Assembly (NCBI GenBank): GCA_034431835.1
Contig: DAOUDA010000060.1
Coordinates: 2,106 to 66,105, forward strand
Direction: 5' to 3'
Source: Chloroflexaceae bacterium
Lineage (GTDB): Bacteria; Chloroflexota; Chloroflexia; Chloroflexales; Chloroflexaceae
DNA length: 64,000 nt
Positions within the stretch are counted from its first letter, which is position 1; every line of letters begins with the position of its first letter. This document shows, one piece after another, positions 61,856 through 64,000 of this stretch. The translations under genes were made by a program, and so were the position numbers. Below the pieces are notes generated by a model that saw nothing but the letters and a program-made list of their open reading frames with translations, searched no databases and was not told the DNA's origin.

Positions 61856-63149
61856 GAATTTACACGCCCCGCCCGAGGCGCTGCTCAGCCGCCTTCCGCC
61901 GGAGCGCCAGGCCATGCTTGCCCAGGCGGCGAGCCTGGCCGAGGCCCATGCGGCCCGGCTCTGGCTGGTGGGGGGGGTGGTGCGCGATCTGCTGTGCCAG
62001 GCGCCCCTGGGCCGCGACGTAGATCTGGCAGTGGAAGGGGATGCGCCGGCGCTGGCCAACGATCTGGCGGCACGGATCGGCGGGCGGCTGCGCGCCGTGC
62101 ATGCCGCCTTCGGCACCGCCAGCGTTGAGGTGCAGACAGCCGATGGCGCCACCCTGATCCTCGATCTGGCCAGCAGCCGTGTCGAACGCTACCCGTCCCC
62201 CGGCGCGTTGCCCGAGATCGCCCCGGCGCCCATCGAAGATGACCTGTACCGGCGTGATTTCAGCGTCAACGCCCTGGCGATCGAGTTGCGAGCCGTGGAC
62301 GGGCAGTTGCGCACCGGGCGGTTGCTCGACCCTTCTGGGGGCCGCGCCGACCTGGTCACGGGCCGGCTGCGGCTGCTCCACGAGCAGAGCCTGCGCGACG
62401 ATCCGACGCGCATGCTGCGAGGCGTGCGTCTGGCCGCCCGCCTGGCCCTGCGCCCCGACCCGGCCACTGCGGCGCAGATCCAGGCGGCCCTGGAGGCAGG
62501 GTATCTGAGCCTGGTGAGCGACGAACGCGTGCTCACCGAACTCTGCCTGAGCCTGGAAGAGCCGCGCCCCGACGAGACCTTACGATTGGCCGACGCCTGG
62601 GGGTTAACGTCCCAGGTCATCCCTGGCCTGGCGTGGAGCGAGGCGCTGGCGGCCCGTTGCGAGCGGCTGGCACTGGCGCCCGCCGGCGCACCGGCGGGCG
62701 GGCCGCTCGTCTGGGCAGGGTTGCTGCTGTACGATCTTGACGCCGAAGGGCTCACGGCTATCGCCGCGCGCTACCCCTTGCCGGCCGAGGCCGCCGATCT
62801 GCTGCGGCAACTCCCCGGCCTGCGCGCAGTGGCGCCGCTGCTCACGCCCGACCTGCCGAACAGCGGCGTTGACCGCCTGCTGCGCCCCTTCAGCGTAACC
62901 GCGGTGACCGTGCTCCACTACGCCGAACCGGCAGCCGCGGCCGCGACCTCCCGCTATCTCCGCGAGCTGCGGACGATGCGCGCGCCGCTCAACGGCAACG
63001 ACCTGCAGCGCCTGGGCATCGCGCCCGGTCCCCTCCTCGGCCGGACGCTTGAGGCCCTGCGCGCCGCCGCCCTCGATGGTGAAGTGAACACTCGCGAAGA
63101 GGCCGAAGCCTGGGTTCGGCGGCAGGCCCCTGAACCGCCCGGATCGTAA
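61827..63149 (+). CDS. CCA-adding enzyme / poly(A) polymerase-family tRNA nucleotidyltransferase
   Basis: Head-domain motif LWLVGGVVRDLLCQAPLGRDVDLAVEGD (GGxVRD..DxD), then RDFSVNALA and ERxxxE-type strings. The start is uncertain; an in-frame ATG at 61914 would clear the tRNA promoter. Confidence 0.8.
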   Translation: MLPLMATAVKNLHAPPEALLSRLPPERQAMLAQAASLAEAHAARLWLVGGVVRDLLCQAPLGRDVDLAVEGDAPALANDLAARIGGRLRAVHAAFGTASVEVQTADGATLILDLASSRVERYPSPGALPEIAPAPIEDDLYRRDFSVNALAIELRAVDGQLRTGRLLDPSGGRADLVTGRLRLLHEQSLRDDPTRMLRGVRLAARLALRPDPATAAQIQAALEAGYLSLVSDERVLTELCLSLEEPRPDETLRLADAWGLTSQVIPGLAWSEALAARCERLALAPAGAPAGGPLVWAGLLLYDLDAEGLTAIAARYPLPAEAADLLRQLPGLRAVAPLLTPDLPNSGVDRLLRPFSVTAVTVLHYAEPAAAAATSRYLRELRTMRAPLNGNDLQRLGIAPGPLLGRTLEALRAAALDGEVNTREEAEAWVRRQAPEPPGS

Positions 63150-63217
63150 GGCCTGGTTCGAGATTTTGAAGTTCCCCCATTCGCCTGCCCGCCGGGCAGG
63201 CAACAACTGCCCGACAT

Positions 63218-64000
63218 ATGCAGATCTTCTACTCCGACACCTTCGTGCTGCCCCTGCCGCCAGGGCATCGCTTCCCCATGCAGAAGTACGCGCTGCTGCG
63301 CGAGCGGGTGGTCGCGGCGGACCTGGCGCCCCCCGATCGGCTCCACCTGCCCCCCGCAGCCAGCGATGCGGAACTGGCCCGTGCCCATGACCTCGACTAC
63401 ATCCGGCGCTGCCAGGCGGGCGCGCTGAGCGCCCAGGAGCAGCGGCGCGTCGGCTTCCCCTGGTCGCCAGCGATGGTCGAGCGTTCGCGCCGCTCCTCCG
63501 GGGCCACCATCGCCGCCTGCCGCGCGGCCCTGGCAGGCGAAGTAGGGGTCAATCTGGCCGGCGGCACGCACCACGCCTTTGCCGACCACGGCGCGGGCTA
63601 CTGCGTCTTCAACGACAGCGCCGTGGCCGCCCGCGCCATGCAGGCCGAGGGCCGCGCCCGCCGCGTGGTCATCCTCGACTGCGACGTGCATCAGGGCGAC
63701 GGCACCGCGGCTATCCTCCGCGACGACGCCAGCATCTTCACCTTCTCCATCCACGCGGCGAAGAACTTCCCCTTCCGCAAGCAGCACAGTGATCTGGACA
63801 TCGAACTGCCCGACGGGGCCGATGACGCGCTCTACCTCGACACGCTGGAGGACGGCGTGCGCCGCGCCCTGGAGGCGGCCCGCCCCGACCTGGCGATCTA
63901 CCTCGCCGGCGCCGATCCCTACTTCGACGACCGCCTGGGGCGCCTGGCGCTCACCAAGGCCGGGCTGGCCGAACGCGACCGGGTGATCTTCGACTACTGC
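63218..64000 (+). CDS. histone deacetylase-family (acetoin utilisation / acetylpolyamine amidohydrolase-like) protein, 3' end beyond the window
   Basis: Absent from the track because no stop falls in the window. My translation from ATG 63218 gives [59 protein letters not shown], the HDAC active-site pattern. Confidence 0.85.
   Translation, partial: MQIFYSDTFVLPLPPGHRFPMQKYALLRERVVAADLAPPDRLHLPPAASDAELARAHDLDYIRRCQAGALSAQEQRRVGFPWSPAMVERSRRSSGATIAACRAALAGEVGVNLAGGTHHAFADHGAGYCVFNDSAVAARAMQAEGRARRVVILDCDVHQGDGTAAILRDDASIFTFSIHAAKNFPFRKQHSDLDIELPDGADDALYLDTLEDGVRRALEAARPDLAIYLAGADPYFDDRLGRLALTKAGLAERDRVIFDYC

Overview
High-GC (about two-thirds G+C by eye) bacterial chromosomal segment. The gene content and the dense set of small intergenic repeats fit a filamentous Chloroflexota (Chloroflexales/Roseiflexus-like) genome best; this is inference only, no search was run. 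I call 45 protein-coding genes (2 truncated by the window edges), 1 gene remnant and 3 tRNAs (Leu-CAG and Gln-CTG in one operon, Val-GAC). I see no rRNA, CRISPR array, transposase, integrase or phage gene. Housekeeping genes: dnaE, cysE-cysS-prmA, rsmI, a CCA-adding-type nucleotidyltransferase, ogt, a molybdopterin oxidoreductase, and a marR-MFS efflux operon. The main accessory theme is extracytoplasmic glycosylation and surface proteins. It comprises four GT-C-type polytopic membrane proteins (two are tandem paralogues divergent from a polyprenyl-phosphate glycosyl synthase), two GT4 enzymes, a methyltransferase, an SDR sugar-nucleotide enzyme, and several large secreted or anchored proteins with Pro/Thr-rich linkers. 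Best candidates for something undescribed: (1) a same-strand module of sensor kinase, 1590-aa Calx-beta surface protein, GT39/TPR protein and orphan FtsX permease, whose first two genes are bracketed by a 28-bp direct repeat; (2) the Ppm1-like gene with tandem GT-C paralogues, plus a recurring ~110-aa module fused to three different GT-C-context proteins; (3) a stand-alone AbrB-fused radical SAM/SPASM enzyme with no visible substrate gene; (4) at least seven families of short intergenic repeats. These include a (CACCTCCA)4 array identical to the 16S anti-Shine-Dalgarno tail upstream of two genes, a 7-nt periodic NNNAATC array, and a ~100-bp MITE-like element with terminal inverted repeats. All family calls rest on motifs read from the translations, not on database searches. 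Start codons were refined by RBS and signal-peptide context and remain provisional.
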